Notes under the pieces: generated by a model | Databases searched by the model: none | Seen by the model: the letters and a program-made list of their open reading frames with translations, nothing else | What the model was told of the DNA's origin: nothing | In this document: positions 10,783 to 20,758 of the stretch, piece after piece | Numbering within the stretch: the first letter of the stretch is position 1 | Layout of the letters: the number at the start of each line of letters is the position of its first letter | Translations under genes and position numbers: made by a program | Assembly: GCA_963923185.1 (NCBI GenBank) | Contig: CAWUNN010000001.1 | Coordinates: 1 to 37,562 of the forward strand | Source of the DNA: an uncultured Limnohabitans sp. | GTDB taxonomy: Bacteria; Pseudomonadota; Gammaproteobacteria; Burkholderiales; Burkholderiaceae_C | Direction: 5' to 3' | DNA length: 37,562 nt

Positions 10783-11562
10783 ATGACCAAAAGTCGCACC
10801 CTCAGCCACGAACCTGCCTTTGTGCTGCACCAGTACCCCTGGAGCGAATCCAGCTTGATTCTGGAAGTGTTCACGCGCCAGCATGGCCGCCTGGCGGTGG
10901 CAGCCAAGGGCGTGAAGAGGCCCACGTCGAGCTTTCGGCCTGTGCTGTTGCCTTTGCAACCTTTGTCTTTGAGCCTGGGTGGTGATGGCGAGATACGCAC
11001 ACTGAAATCTGCCGAATGGATGGGCGGTCATGTGATGCCCACCGGGGACGCCCTGCTGTCGGGCTTTTATTTGAACGAGTTGATGCTGCGTTTGTTGCCC
11101 CGCGATGACCCGCATCCGGCTTTGTTTGATCACTATCGCCAAACCGTGCAGATGCTGGCCATGGGGGGCGAGGCAGCGGTCACCCCCGCCTTGCGGGCCT
11201 TTGAACTGCTGCTGTTGCGTGAATTGGGTGTGTTGCCCAGCTTGTGCCAGCAAACCCTATCGGTGCAAGCGATGGCACCCCAGGCTTGGTATGACCTCGT
11301 GCCCGAGGCGGGACTGCGCGCCTTCAAAGCCCAATCCGACGCGGATGACCGACGTCCCCGTTTGTCGGGCCAGCAGTGGCTGGACTTGCAAGACGCGCTG
11401 GACCAAGTGCAAGCTTATGTTGAATTGGTGCGCTTGCTGGCTCAGTGGGCCATGGATGATCGCAGCGCGTTGCAACAACAATTGCGCGTCTTGATCCACC
11501 ACCACTGCGGCATCGAGGTGCTGAAAACGAGGCAACTGATGATGGATTTACAGGCGCTTTGA
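10783..11562 (+). CDS. recO: DNA repair protein RecO
   Basis: [39 protein letters not shown]; start at ATG 10783. Confidence 0.95.
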   Translation: MTKSRTLSHEPAFVLHQYPWSESSLILEVFTRQHGRLAVAAKGVKRPTSSFRPVLLPLQPLSLSLGGDGEIRTLKSAEWMGGHVMPTGDALLSGFYLNELMLRLLPRDDPHPALFDHYRQTVQMLAMGGEAAVTPALRAFELLLLRELGVLPSLCQQTLSVQAMAPQAWYDLVPEAGLRAFKAQSDADDRRPRLSGQQWLDLQDALDQVQAYVELVRLLAQWAMDDRSALQQQLRVLIHHHCGIEVLKTRQLMMDLQAL

Positions 11563-11585
11563 GCCCGCTGACGGATAATCGGCTC

Positions 11586-12329
11586 ATGACCGCATTGAGT
11601 GTGAATTTGAATAAAGTGGCGCTGGTGCGCAACACCCGCCATTTAGGCATCCCCAGCGTGACGCGGGCCGCACAGTCGTGCTTGCAAGCGGGGGCCCAAG
11701 GCATCACGGTACACCCACGCCCCGACGCGCGCCACATCCGAGCCGACGATGTGGCCGATTTGGCCGACTTGTTGAAAGCCTGGCCTGGACGCGAATTCAA
11801 CATCGAGGGCAACCCGTTTCACAATTTGATGGATTTTGTGCGTCAGCACCGCCCCCATCAGGCCACCTTTGTGCCCGATGGCGAGGGTCAATTCACCAGC
11901 GACCATGGTTGGTCACTGGATCGCGACAGCCAACTCCTCAAGCCCCTGATCCAAGAGTGCCATGACCTGGGCGTTCGAGTCAGTTTGTTCATGGACCCGG
12001 TGCCGCATGCCATGGCCCAGGCCCGTGCCTGTGGTGCCGATCGGGTCGAGCTGTACACCGAACCCTATGCCCAGGCCTTTGGAGGACCTGAGCAAACCGC
12101 TTGCCTGGAGCAATACGCGCAAAGTGCCCAGGCGGCTCAACATGCTGGACTGGGCGTGAACGCTGGCCACGATCTGAATCGCGACAATTTGCCCGTTTTT
12201 TTGCGCCAAGTGCCCCAAGTGTTGGAGGTGTCGATCGGCCACGCCCTGGTGGCCGATGCCTTAGAGATGGGCTATGCCCAGACCGTCCAGGCCTATTTGC
12301 AGGCCTGCCGTCACGGAGCCCGGACTTGA
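11586..12329 (+). CDS. pdxJ: Pyridoxine 5'-phosphate synthase
   Basis: [34 protein letters not shown]; alternative TTG start at 11559. Confidence 0.96.
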   Translation: MTALSVNLNKVALVRNTRHLGIPSVTRAAQSCLQAGAQGITVHPRPDARHIRADDVADLADLLKAWPGREFNIEGNPFHNLMDFVRQHRPHQATFVPDGEGQFTSDHGWSLDRDSQLLKPLIQECHDLGVRVSLFMDPVPHAMAQARACGADRVELYTEPYAQAFGGPEQTACLEQYAQSAQAAQHAGLGVNAGHDLNRDNLPVFLRQVPQVLEVSIGHALVADALEMGYAQTVQAYLQACRHGART

Positions 12330-12730
12330 TTTACGGCATCGGTACCGACATTTGCGATGTCCGTCGCATCGATGCGGCCTTGAAACGCCATGGCGAGCGC
12401 TTTGCAGCCAAGGTGTTGTGCCCCAACGAAATCGCCACCTGGCGGGCCCGTTCTGAGCGTTGGCCCGAGCGCGGCGTGCGCTTTGTGGCGACCCGGTTCT
12501 CTGCCAAAGAGGCCTTCAGCAAAGCCATTGGCAAAGGCATGCGCATGCCGATGACCTGGCTGCGTTGTGAAATTGGTCGATTGCCCAGTGGCGAGCCCAC
12601 CATCGTGCTGCACGGCGAACTGAAAACCTGGTTTGAAGCGCGCGGTCTGAGTGCTCGGGTGAGCCTGAGTGACGAATCAGACTATGCCGTCAGTTTTGTG
12701 GTGGTTGAGCAATGGCAACGCCCCACCTGA
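12326..12730 (+). CDS. acpS: Holo-[acyl-carrier-protein] synthase
   Basis: [25 protein letters not shown]; TTG start at 12326 overlaps the pdxJ TGA, with GGAG upstream. Confidence 0.95.
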   Translation: MIYGIGTDICDVRRIDAALKRHGERFAAKVLCPNEIATWRARSERWPERGVRFVATRFSAKEAFSKAIGKGMRMPMTWLRCEIGRLPSGEPTIVLHGELKTWFEARGLSARVSLSDESDYAVSFVVVEQWQRPT

Positions 12731-12756
12731 GATCCCTTAGCCCAAAGCCCATCCCC

Positions 12757-13851
12757 ATGACCCCACATGCCCCTTTGATTTTGGACATCGCTGGCACCAC
12801 GCTCAGCCCGCAAGACCGCATTCGTTTGCGTCATCCCATGACCGGTGGCTTGATTTTGTTTGGCCGCAATTGGCAGCATCGTGAGCAATTGACTCAACTG
12901 TGCGCCGACATCAAATCGGTGCGCCCCGACGCCTTGATCTGTGTCGACCACGAGGGCGGTCGTGTGCAACGCTTTCGCACCGATGGCTTCACGCATTTGC
13001 CTGCGATGAGAGCTTTGGGTGAGATGTGGATGAAAGACGAGCCGCGCCGCCCAGGCAGCGGCGCTCTGCAAGCCATGCGCGCAGCTGCGGCTTGCGGTCA
13101 GGTGTTGGCGCTTGAATTGCGCGCATGCGGGGTGGATTTCAGTTTCACACCGGTTCTCGACTTGGACTTTGGCAGCAGCGGCGTGATCGGCGATCGGGCC
13201 TTTCATCGCGACGCACGCGTGGTGACGGTGCTGGCACAAAGCCTGATGCAAGGTTTGCTGAGTGCAGGCATGGCCAACTGTGGCAAACATTTTCCGGGTC
13301 ATGGCTTTGTGAAAGCCGATTCGCACACCGCCATCCCGGTGGACTCGCGCAGCATGAAGGCCATTTTGAGCGACGACGCTTGGCCCTATGCCGCCTTGGG
13401 CGCCACGCTCTCTAGCGTGATGCCCGCCCACGTGATCTACCCCAAAGTCGACTCGAAACCAGCCGGGTTCTCCAGCCGATGGTTGCAAGACATCTTGCGC
13501 CACCAAATGGGCTTTGAGGGGGCCGTCTTCAGCGATGATTTGTCGATGGAGGGTGCCCGGCGCATCGATGGCCACGTGGTCAGCTACACCCAAGCGGGTG
13601 TGGCGGCATTGCAAGCCGGTTGCGATCTGGTGCTGCTTTGCAACCAAAGCATGGCCAGTGCAGCTGGGGGCGGCAAGGCCGTGGATGAATTGCTCGACGG
13701 GTTGGCCGAGGCCTTGTTGAAGGGTCAATGGCAAGCCAGCGAAGCCAGCGAGCGTCGCCGCTTGGCCCTGCTGCCCACTCAGACGGCTTTGGCTTGGAAC
13801 GAATTGATGGTGGACGGGCGTTATTTACAGGCCCTGGATCGTCTGCCCTGA
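12757..13851 (+). CDS. nagZ: Beta-N-acetylhexosaminidase (GH3)
   Basis: VDHEGGRVQRF, KHFPGHG...DSH, FSDDLSM. Confidence 0.96.
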   Translation: MTPHAPLILDIAGTTLSPQDRIRLRHPMTGGLILFGRNWQHREQLTQLCADIKSVRPDALICVDHEGGRVQRFRTDGFTHLPAMRALGEMWMKDEPRRPGSGALQAMRAAAACGQVLALELRACGVDFSFTPVLDLDFGSSGVIGDRAFHRDARVVTVLAQSLMQGLLSAGMANCGKHFPGHGFVKADSHTAIPVDSRSMKAILSDDAWPYAALGATLSSVMPAHVIYPKVDSKPAGFSSRWLQDILRHQMGFEGAVFSDDLSMEGARRIDGHVVSYTQAGVAALQAGCDLVLLCNQSMASAAGGGKAVDELLDGLAEALLKGQWQASEASERRRLALLPTQTALAWNELMVDGRYLQALDRLP

Positions 13852-13868
13852 GCCTGGGTATGTGCTTT

Positions 13869-14807
13869 TCAGGTGTCGTAGCCAAAGCTGCGCACACGGG
13901 CCTCGTCGTCGGCCCAACCCGATCGCACTTTGACCCACAGCTGCAAAAACACCTTGGCATCCATCAGTTTTTCAAGTTCGACCCGGGCTTCGGTGCCGAT
14001 GCGTTTGAGTTTTTCGCCGTTTTCACCGATGACCATGGCTTTGTGTCCATCGCGCTCGACCACGATGGTGGCGGCGATGCGCACCATGCGGCTGGCGGTG
14101 CGAGCAGGCTCTTCTTCAAATTGATCGATCACCACCGTCGAGGTATAGGGCAATTCGTCACCGGTCAAACGAAACAGCTTTTCGCGCACGATTTCACTGG
14201 CCAAAAATTTTTCGCTGCGATCGGTCAACTCATCCTCGGCATACCACCAAGGCTGTGACGGCAGATAGGGTCGACAGATCTCCAACAAACGGGCAATGTC
14301 TTTGGCATTTTTGGCCGACATGGGCACGTACTCGGCAAACGGGTGGCGCTGCTGCATGTCGCGCAACCAAGGAGCGATTTCGGCACGGCGGTGGACGGCA
14401 TCGAGTTTATTGGCCACCAACAACACCGGAGTTTGTGCGTGGAGCAAGGACAACACCTTGGCATCGGCCATGGTGAATTGACCCGCTTCGAGCACAAACA
14501 ATACCAAGTCGACATCGCTGATGGCGCCCAACACGGTCTTGTTCAAAGAGCGGTTGAGCGCATTGGTGTGACGGGTCTGAAATCCTGGCGTGTCGACAAA
14601 GATGAACTGTGTGTCGCCCTCGGTGCGCATGCCGGTGATGCGGTGCCTGGTGGTCTGAGCCTTGCGTGAGGTGATGCTGATTTTCTGTCCCACCAAGGCG
14701 TTGAGCAACGTGGATTTGCCCACATTGGGGCGGCCCACGATGGCCACCAAGCCACAGCGTTGCGGGGTTGAATCTGTGCTGGCCGAGTCCTGTTGGGGTT
14801 CGCTCAT
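13869..14807 (-). CDS. era: GTPase Era
   Basis: [20 protein letters not shown] and KH-domain VIGENG. Confidence 0.97.
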   Translation of the reverse strand: MSEPQQDSASTDSTPQRCGLVAIVGRPNVGKSTLLNALVGQKISITSRKAQTTRHRITGMRTEGDTQFIFVDTPGFQTRHTNALNRSLNKTVLGAISDVDLVLFVLEAGQFTMADAKVLSLLHAQTPVLLVANKLDAVHRRAEIAPWLRDMQQRHPFAEYVPMSAKNAKDIARLLEICRPYLPSQPWWYAEDELTDRSEKFLASEIVREKLFRLTGDELPYTSTVVIDQFEEEPARTASRMVRIAATIVVERDGHKAMVIGENGEKLKRIGTEARVELEKLMDAKVFLQLWVKVRSGWADDEARVRSFGYDT

Positions 14808-15496
14808 GGTTGCCCTTTTTGAATGAGGTCCAGCATGGCTTGGGCAGCGGCTTGCTCAGCGGCCTTGCGCGATGGGCCTTGCCCGCGAGAGTTCAAGTTC
14901 AACTCGGGCACATCGCATTCGACTTCAAAAATTTGCTGATGCGCTGCCCCGCGTGTGTCCACCACCCGGTAATCGGGCAATTTTTTGCGCTTGGCCTGCA
15001 ACCACTCTTGCAAGACGGTTTTAGGGTCTTTGTTGTTGGCTTGCATGTTCGGATTGATCTCGACTTGGTCATACAAGCGACGCACCAAGGCATCGGCCAC
15101 CTCAAAACCCGCATCCAGAAAGACCGCCCCCAGCACGGCCTCGAGGGCATCGGCCAAAATCGACGGACGCTTCGTTCCGCCCGAACGCAGTTCACCTTCA
15201 CCTAAGCGAATCAAGGGCCCCAAGTGCAGACTCAGCGCCAATTGGTGCAAGGTTTCTTGTCGCACCAAGTTGGCCCGAATGCGCGACAACTCGCCCTCGC
15301 TGAGGTCGCCCAGCACCCGGTACAAGACCTGACTGATGGACAGGCTCAGGACGGTGTCGCCCAAAAACTCAAGGCGCTCGTTGTGTTGCGAGCTGAAGCT
15401 GCGATGGGTCAGCGCCAAGGTCAGCAATTCGGGCTGTGCAAAGCGATGCTGCAAGCGGTCTTGCAAAGCCTGAAGTGATGGGGACAGCTCGGCCAT
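14804..15496 (-). CDS. rnc: Ribonuclease III
   Basis: [16 protein letters not shown]-terminal dsRBD (DPKT.LQE...AEQAAA). Confidence 0.97.
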   Translation of the reverse strand: MAELSPSLQALQDRLQHRFAQPELLTLALTHRSFSSQHNERLEFLGDTVLSLSISQVLYRVLGDLSEGELSRIRANLVRQETLHQLALSLHLGPLIRLGEGELRSGGTKRPSILADALEAVLGAVFLDAGFEVADALVRRLYDQVEINPNMQANNKDPKTVLQEWLQAKRKKLPDYRVVDTRGAAHQQIFEVECDVPELNLNSRGQGPSRKAAEQAAAQAMLDLIQKGQP

Positions 15497-15502
15497 GAAC
15501 AA

Positions 15503-16504
15503 TCAGTGGATGGCACCAATGCGTTGGATGTGACTGAAATTCATCCAGACCAAAAACGCTTTGCCCACGATGTTGGCATCAGGGACGAATCCCCAATATC
15601 GCGAGTCCAACGAGTTGTCTCGGTTGTCGCCCATCATGAAGTAATGGCCGGGTGGGACTTTGCAGACAAACCCTTCGATGCTGTAGCGGCACTGGTCCTT
15701 GAAGGCAAAGTCATCGGCTCCGGGCACAAAAGCCGGACGCTCGTCGTCATTGAGCAAGAGGACGGTCTTGGCCGCTCCAGGCTGAGCAGGCTCGGCACCC
15801 GTGGGCAGTTGTTCTGAAAACTGCTTGGCATACCGCATGGTGTCTTCGTCAAAGAAGTTGGGCAACGCCGTTTTGGGCACGGGCTGGCCATTGATGCTGA
15901 GTTGTTTGTTGAGGTAAGACACCTCATCACCTGGCACGCCGATCACGCGTTTGATGTAATCGAGGCTGGGTTTGGGCGGATATCGAAACACCATCACATC
16001 GCCGCGCTGCACTGGGGCGCCTTGGGTGACTTTGGTGTTGATCACTGGCAGGCGCAAACCATAGTGGTATTTGTTGACCAAGATCAGATCGCCCACCAGC
16101 AAAGTGGGGATCATCGATCCGGAAGGAATTTTGAAGGGCTCGAATAAAAAAGAGCGCAGCAAAAACACCACAGCGATCACCGGAAACAAGCCTGCAGTCC
16201 AGTCCAACCACCAGGGTTGGCGCAAGACCTCTTCGCGGGCTTGACTGAGGTCGACATCGACCTGTTGAATGCCCATGCTTTGCAATTGCTGATGGCGTTG
16301 GCTCTCTTGCATTTGCAAAGCCTGGGCGGCAGCTCGCCGTTTGGGCAAAAACACGGTTTTTTCAAACACCCAATAAATGCCAGTGATCACAGTGGCCATA
16401 AACAGCAACAGGGCGAAATTGCCCTCGTGCATGCCCAAAAACCATGAACCTGCATAACCAGCGAAGGCAGCCAATACAAAAGCCGTGAGGGTCGGCATCA
16501 TCAT
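15503..16504 (-). CDS. lepB: Signal peptidase I
   Basis: [32 protein letters not shown]. Confidence 0.97.
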   Translation of the reverse strand: MMMPTLTAFVLAAFAGYAGSWFLGMHEGNFALLLFMATVITGIYWVFEKTVFLPKRRAAAQALQMQESQRHQQLQSMGIQQVDVDLSQAREEVLRQPWWLDWTAGLFPVIAVVFLLRSFLFEPFKIPSGSMIPTLLVGDLILVNKYHYGLRLPVINTKVTQGAPVQRGDVMVFRYPPKPSLDYIKRVIGVPGDEVSYLNKQLSINGQPVPKTALPNFFDEDTMRYAKQFSEQLPTGAEPAQPGAAKTVLLLNDDERPAFVPGADDFAFKDQCRYSIEGFVCKVPPGHYFMMGDNRDNSLDSRYWGFVPDANIVGKAFLVWMNFSHIQRIGAIH

Positions 16505-18309
16505 TCTTCAACCTGCAAAATGGCCAAAAACGCCTCTTGAGGCACTTCGACCGAACCAATTTGTTTCATGCGCTTTTTACCGGCTTTTTGTTTTTCCAGC
16601 AATTTGCGCTTGCGGGAAATGTCCCCACCGTAGCATTTTGCCAGCACATTCTTGCGCAAGGCCTTGATGGTCTCACGGGCGATGATGTTGGCGCCGATGG
16701 CAGCTTGAATGGCCACATCAAACATCTGACGGCTGATGATTTCACGCATCTTGGCAGCGACCGCTCGCCCGCGGTACTGGGCTTGGGTGCGGTGCACGAT
16801 GATGGACAAGGCATCGACTTTTTCACCATTGAGCAAGATGTCGACCTTGACCACATCAGAGGGGCGGTATTCTTTGAACTCGTAGTCCATCGAAGCGTAA
16901 CCCCGACTGACCGATTTGAGCTTGTCAAAGAAGTCCAGCACGATCTCGCCCAAGGGCAGTTCGTAGGTCAACATGACCTGTCGGCCATGGTAGGCCATGT
17001 TGAGCTGTACGCCCCGCTTTTGGTTGGCCAAGGTCATGACAGGCCCGACATACTCTTGGGGCATGTACAGATGAACGGTGACGATGGGCTCACGGATTTC
17101 TTGAATGCGGCCCTGATCGGGCATCTTCGAGGGGTTCTCGACCATGATGACCTCGCCATCGCCCTTGACCACCTGGTAGACCACGCTGGGCGCGGTGGTG
17201 ATGAGGTCTTGGTCAAACTCGCGCTCCAGTCGTTCTTGCACAATTTCCATGTGCAGCAGCCCCAAAAAGCCACAGCGAAAGCCAAAACCCAAGGCCTGTG
17301 AGACCTCGGGTTCGTACTGCAGCGAGGCGTCATTGAGTTGCAGCTTTTCCAGTGCATCGCGCAAGGCATCGTATTGATTGGCCTCGGTCGGATACAGTCC
17401 CGCAAACACTTGGGGCTGAATTTCTTTGAAGCCCGGCAAAGCCTCGGTGGCGGTCCCCAGATTGTTGGGCAATTTCTTTTCAAGTGTGACCGTGTCACCC
17501 ACCTTGGCGGCCTTGAGTTCTTTGATGCCCGCGATGATGTAGCCCACCTCGCCAGCTTCCAGGCTTTCACGCGGCTGATTGGCAGGTGTGAAGACCCCCA
17601 AGTTGCCCGCTTCGTAGCAAGCGCCGGTGGCCATCAGGCGGATGCGTTCGCCCTTGGCCAAACGGCCATCGACCACACGCACCAGCATCACCACCCCGAC
17701 ATAGCTGTCAAACCAAGAATCGATGATCATGGCGCGCAAGGGGGCATCGACCGTGCCGCGCGGCGACGGAATGCGCTCCACGATGGCCTCAAGTATTTCA
17801 TCCACTCCCATGCCTGTTTTCGCTGAGCAGGGGATGGCGCCCGAGGCATCGATGCCAATCACGTCTTCGACTTCAGACTTGGCGGTCTCGGGATCGGCCT
17901 GTGGCAAATCCATTTTGTTGAGCACGGGCAGCACTTCAACATTCAGGTCCAATGCGGTGTAGCAATTGGCCACCGTCTGCGCCTCGACGCCCTGACTGGC
18001 ATCGACCACCAACAGCGCCCCCTCGCAAGCTGACAGCGAGCGACTGACTTCGTACGAAAAGTCAACGTGCCCCGGTGTATCGATCAAATTCAAGTTGTAG
18101 GTCTGACCATTGCGTGCGGTGTATTGCAGCGCGGCGGTCTGGGCCTTGATGGTGATGCCGCGCTCTTTCTCGATGTCCATCGAGTCCAATACCTGCGCTT
18201 GCATCTCGCGCTCTTCAAGGCCACCGCAGCGCTGGATGATGCGGTCTGCCAGCGTGGACTTGCCGTGATCGATGTGAGCAATGATGGAGAAATTTCTGAT
18301 GTGATTCAT
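16501..18309 (-). CDS. lepA: Elongation factor 4 (LepA)
   Basis: [49 protein letters not shown]. Confidence 0.98.
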   Translation of the reverse strand: MNHIRNFSIIAHIDHGKSTLADRIIQRCGGLEEREMQAQVLDSMDIEKERGITIKAQTAALQYTARNGQTYNLNLIDTPGHVDFSYEVSRSLSACEGALLVVDASQGVEAQTVANCYTALDLNVEVLPVLNKMDLPQADPETAKSEVEDVIGIDASGAIPCSAKTGMGVDEILEAIVERIPSPRGTVDAPLRAMIIDSWFDSYVGVVMLVRVVDGRLAKGERIRLMATGACYEAGNLGVFTPANQPRESLEAGEVGYIIAGIKELKAAKVGDTVTLEKKLPNNLGTATEALPGFKEIQPQVFAGLYPTEANQYDALRDALEKLQLNDASLQYEPEVSQALGFGFRCGFLGLLHMEIVQERLEREFDQDLITTAPSVVYQVVKGDGEVIMVENPSKMPDQGRIQEIREPIVTVHLYMPQEYVGPVMTLANQKRGVQLNMAYHGRQVMLTYELPLGEIVLDFFDKLKSVSRGYASMDYEFKEYRPSDVVKVDILLNGEKVDALSIIVHRTQAQYRGRAVAAKMREIISRQMFDVAIQAAIGANIIARETIKALRKNVLAKCYGGDISRKRKLLEKQKAGKKRMKQIGSVEVPQEAFLAILQVEE

Positions 18310-18353
18310 CAAGGGCACTGTTCAAGTATTTGAATTCAATGGTGAGTCGAATG

Positions 18354-18384
18354 AAAAAAGGGCGCGTCAAACCTGACGCGCCCT
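18354..18384 (-). terminator. Intrinsic terminator upstream of lepA
   Basis: Minus strand AGGGCGCGTCA-GGTT-TGACGCGCCCT-TTTTT: perfect 11-bp stem with a U-tract. Confidence 0.85.
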
Positions 18385-18423
18385 GAACCAACCATCTATG
18401 GCAACTGCGAAAGTTGGAACTTC

Positions 18424-18429
18424 ATTGTA
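18424..18429 (-). promoter_or_regulatory. Candidate sigma70 -10 box (TACAAT) oriented toward lepA
   Basis: ATTGTA on + reads TACAAT on -; no convincing -35 found. Confidence 0.5.
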
Positions 18430-18499
18430 GGCAAAAAGCGCGTCGCTTGTAGCCCCAAGGCGCCCCGCACAGGGGTCGTTGCAAGGTGACAACAGGTAA

Positions 18500-18567
18500 T
18501 TATGCACAGTTTATCAACAAGGCTGTTTGGGCATCCATGGGACAACTTGTGGGCACGCTGTGGACGT
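18500..18567. promoter_or_regulatory. DnaA-box-like array
   Basis: TTATGCACA (18500-18508, fits TTWTNCACA), TTATCAACA (18511-18519), and degenerate reverse boxes TGTGGGCAC (18548) and TGTGGACGT (18559). Confidence 0.55.
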
Positions 18568-18784
18568 CTGGTGCATCGGCACTGGACATCTGCTGGTATC
18601 GGCCCACCTGTCCTTCTTCAGATGAATTGAAAGAAAATTTGGCTCTATTTTATACAAAAAGTGATTTAAAAATGCGAATGAGTTGGTAATCACTAACTCA
18701 AATCGGCCTCAAAAAAATATTTATTTTTTTCACGCCCTGGGCTGCAATACCCCCAAACCCGGGCAGGGATTGGGGATGGCAGGT

Positions 18785-20302
18785 TCATTTGCTGGGTCTG
18801 ATCAGGGTGTATTGGGCCCAATCGCCACGGCGGAACAACACGCTGATGGGGCGATTCGCATCGGCACGGGACATGACCTTTTCAAAATCATCCAGACTGC
18901 GAATTTCGACGTTGGCCACGGCGGTGATGACATCGCCCTCACGCAAACCGGCTCGGGCGGCAGCATCGGTGGCTGCATCGACATGCACACCGCCTTTGAT
19001 TTTGAGCTCGCGCAGCTGCTCGGGCGTCAGGGCGCTGACTTGCAAACCCCAAGTCTGCGCCAGCGCGTTGCCCTTGGCATTGCTTGGCTTGGGGCGCTCT
19101 GAGCTGGCGGTGTTTTCAGGGGCAAACTCACCGATGCTGACATTGACATCACGGGCGGCACCACGCCGCCAGACCTGAATGGTGGCCTTGCTACCCGGCT
19201 TGAGGTTTCCGATTTCGCGCGGCAAGTCATTGGCCTTTTCGATGTTCGCATCGTTGACCTTCAAGATGATGTCACCGGCTTCGATGCCCGCTTTGCTGGC
19301 CGGGCCATCGGGCTCGACCGCGCGCACCAAGGCGCCACGTGCTCGGGTCAAGCCCAAAGACTCGGCCACTTCTTTACTGACTTGGTCGATTTGCACACCG
19401 ATGCGACCGCGTTGCACCCGACCGTTGGTGCGCAACTGGTCGCTGATGCGCACGGCCTCATCGATGGGAATGGCAAACGAGATGCCCATGTAGCCACCGG
19501 AGCGAGAGTAGATCTGGCTGTTGATGCCCACGACTTCGCCTGCCATGTTGATCAATGGCCCACCCGAGTTGCCCGGATTGATGGCCACATCGGTTTGAAT
19601 GAAGGGCAAGTATTCACCGGTGTCGCGCTGTTTGGCGCTGACGATGCCTGCGGTGACGGTGTTTTCAAGGCCAAAAGGCGAGCCAATCGCCATGACCCAT
19701 TGGCCCGCGCGCAGCTTGCCCACATCGCCAACGCGCACAGCGGGCAAGCCACTGGCATCGATTTTGACCACGGCCACATCGGTGCGCTTGTCAGAACCCA
19801 CGATCTTGGCTTTGAATTCGCGCTTGTCGGCCAGAGTGACCACCACCTGATCGGCTCCCTCGACCACGTGCGCGTTGGTCATGATGTAACCATCACCGGT
19901 CAAGATGAACCCCGAGCCGATGCCACGCTGCTGCTCTTCGGGCTGAGCGGGGCGCGAGGGTCGATTGGGTTGTTGCGGCTGGCGTGGGTTGGGCATGGGC
20001 ACACCAAAGAAGCGCCGCAACAACTCTTGCATTTCTTCATCGGGAGCGCCAGCGCCTTCGGCATTGCGTTGAACTTTTTCAAGGGTGCGGATGTTGACCA
20101 CCGAGGGTCCCACCTGCTCGACCAAATCGGTGAAGTCTGGCAACCCCCGAGTCGAGGCAATGGCTGCATGGGGGGAGGTGGCGGCAGCAGGGGCCTGACT
20201 TTGGGCTTGCGCTGGCACCAGTTGATTCAGGGCATACAGTGCCACCACGGACAACAACACTGCACTCAACCATGTTTTGAGTGACATCAGGGCACTTTTC
20301 AT
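18785..20302 (-). CDS. degP: Do/DegP-DegQ (MucD-like) periplasmic serine protease with two PDZ domains
   Basis: Signal peptide, GSGFI, TNAHVV, D.AV.KI, QTDVAINPGNSGGPL, PDZ repeats. Confidence 0.95.
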   Translation of the reverse strand: MKSALMSLKTWLSAVLLSVVALYALNQLVPAQAQSQAPAAATSPHAAIASTRGLPDFTDLVEQVGPSVVNIRTLEKVQRNAEGAGAPDEEMQELLRRFFGVPMPNPRQPQQPNRPSRPAQPEEQQRGIGSGFILTGDGYIMTNAHVVEGADQVVVTLADKREFKAKIVGSDKRTDVAVVKIDASGLPAVRVGDVGKLRAGQWVMAIGSPFGLENTVTAGIVSAKQRDTGEYLPFIQTDVAINPGNSGGPLINMAGEVVGINSQIYSRSGGYMGISFAIPIDEAVRISDQLRTNGRVQRGRIGVQIDQVSKEVAESLGLTRARGALVRAVEPDGPASKAGIEAGDIILKVNDANIEKANDLPREIGNLKPGSKATIQVWRRGAARDVNVSIGEFAPENTASSERPKPSNAKGNALAQTWGLQVSALTPEQLRELKIKGGVHVDAATDAAARAGLREGDVITAVANVEIRSLDDFEKVMSRADANRPISVLFRRGDWAQYTLIRPSK

Positions 20303-20748
20303 ATCGATCTCCGTTCAATCGTTGGGGTGCAATTCAAAGCCAAGCGCAGCTCTTGCCATGACACAGGATCTGAACGACACAACCAGACCCACTGAGGCCA
20401 GCGCCACGCCACTGGACCAGGTTCATTTGAGGGCGAAATGCGCAAACACAAGAGGCCACCCACATCGAATACTTTGACTCCATCGACAGCCAAGGGGGTG
20501 CCCCCCTGGCTGTGCCAGATCCACTGTGGGGATTGCCAACACAGTTGACCCTGAGCTGCACGGGGCATGGCCATCAGCACCAAGGCCAGCAAAGCCGACA
20601 GCCAGCCCAAGCCCGAATCAAGTCCGTGCCAGGGCTGTGATACATGAATGGCCCCGTACCAGGTCAGGGTCAAGCCGCCGACCCAAGCACGACGGATGCC
20701 GGGGGGCACCGATGCCGCGCGATGCCATGTCTGTCGGACACTGGCCAT
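20299..20748 (-). CDS. Hypothetical membrane protein, YgfX/CptA-like
   Basis: Two N-terminal hydrophobic segments and a C-terminal WVWL...W.ELRLAL; lies after fabF and its stop overlaps the degP ATG. Confidence 0.6.
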   Translation of the reverse strand: MASVRQTWHRAASVPPGIRRAWVGGLTLTWYGAIHVSQPWHGLDSGLGWLSALLALVLMAMPRAAQGQLCWQSPQWIWHSQGGTPLAVDGVKVFDVGGLLCLRISPSNEPGPVAWRWPQWVWLCRSDPVSWQELRLALNCTPTIERRSI

Positions 20749-20758
20749 GATGGGGTGT

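Noticed and set aside
9482-10786. 434-aa ORF antisense to lysS (similarly 5360-6739, 4588-5589, 12682-13734, 20648-21676, 31312-32562, 35590-36681)
   Set aside because: Shadow ORFs expected from GC-rich codon bias opposite well-conserved genes; no recognisable motifs
18486-18689. 67-aa ORF in the degP-lepA spacer
   Set aside because: Atypical composition; it runs over the DnaA-like boxes and the AT tract and is better explained as non-coding
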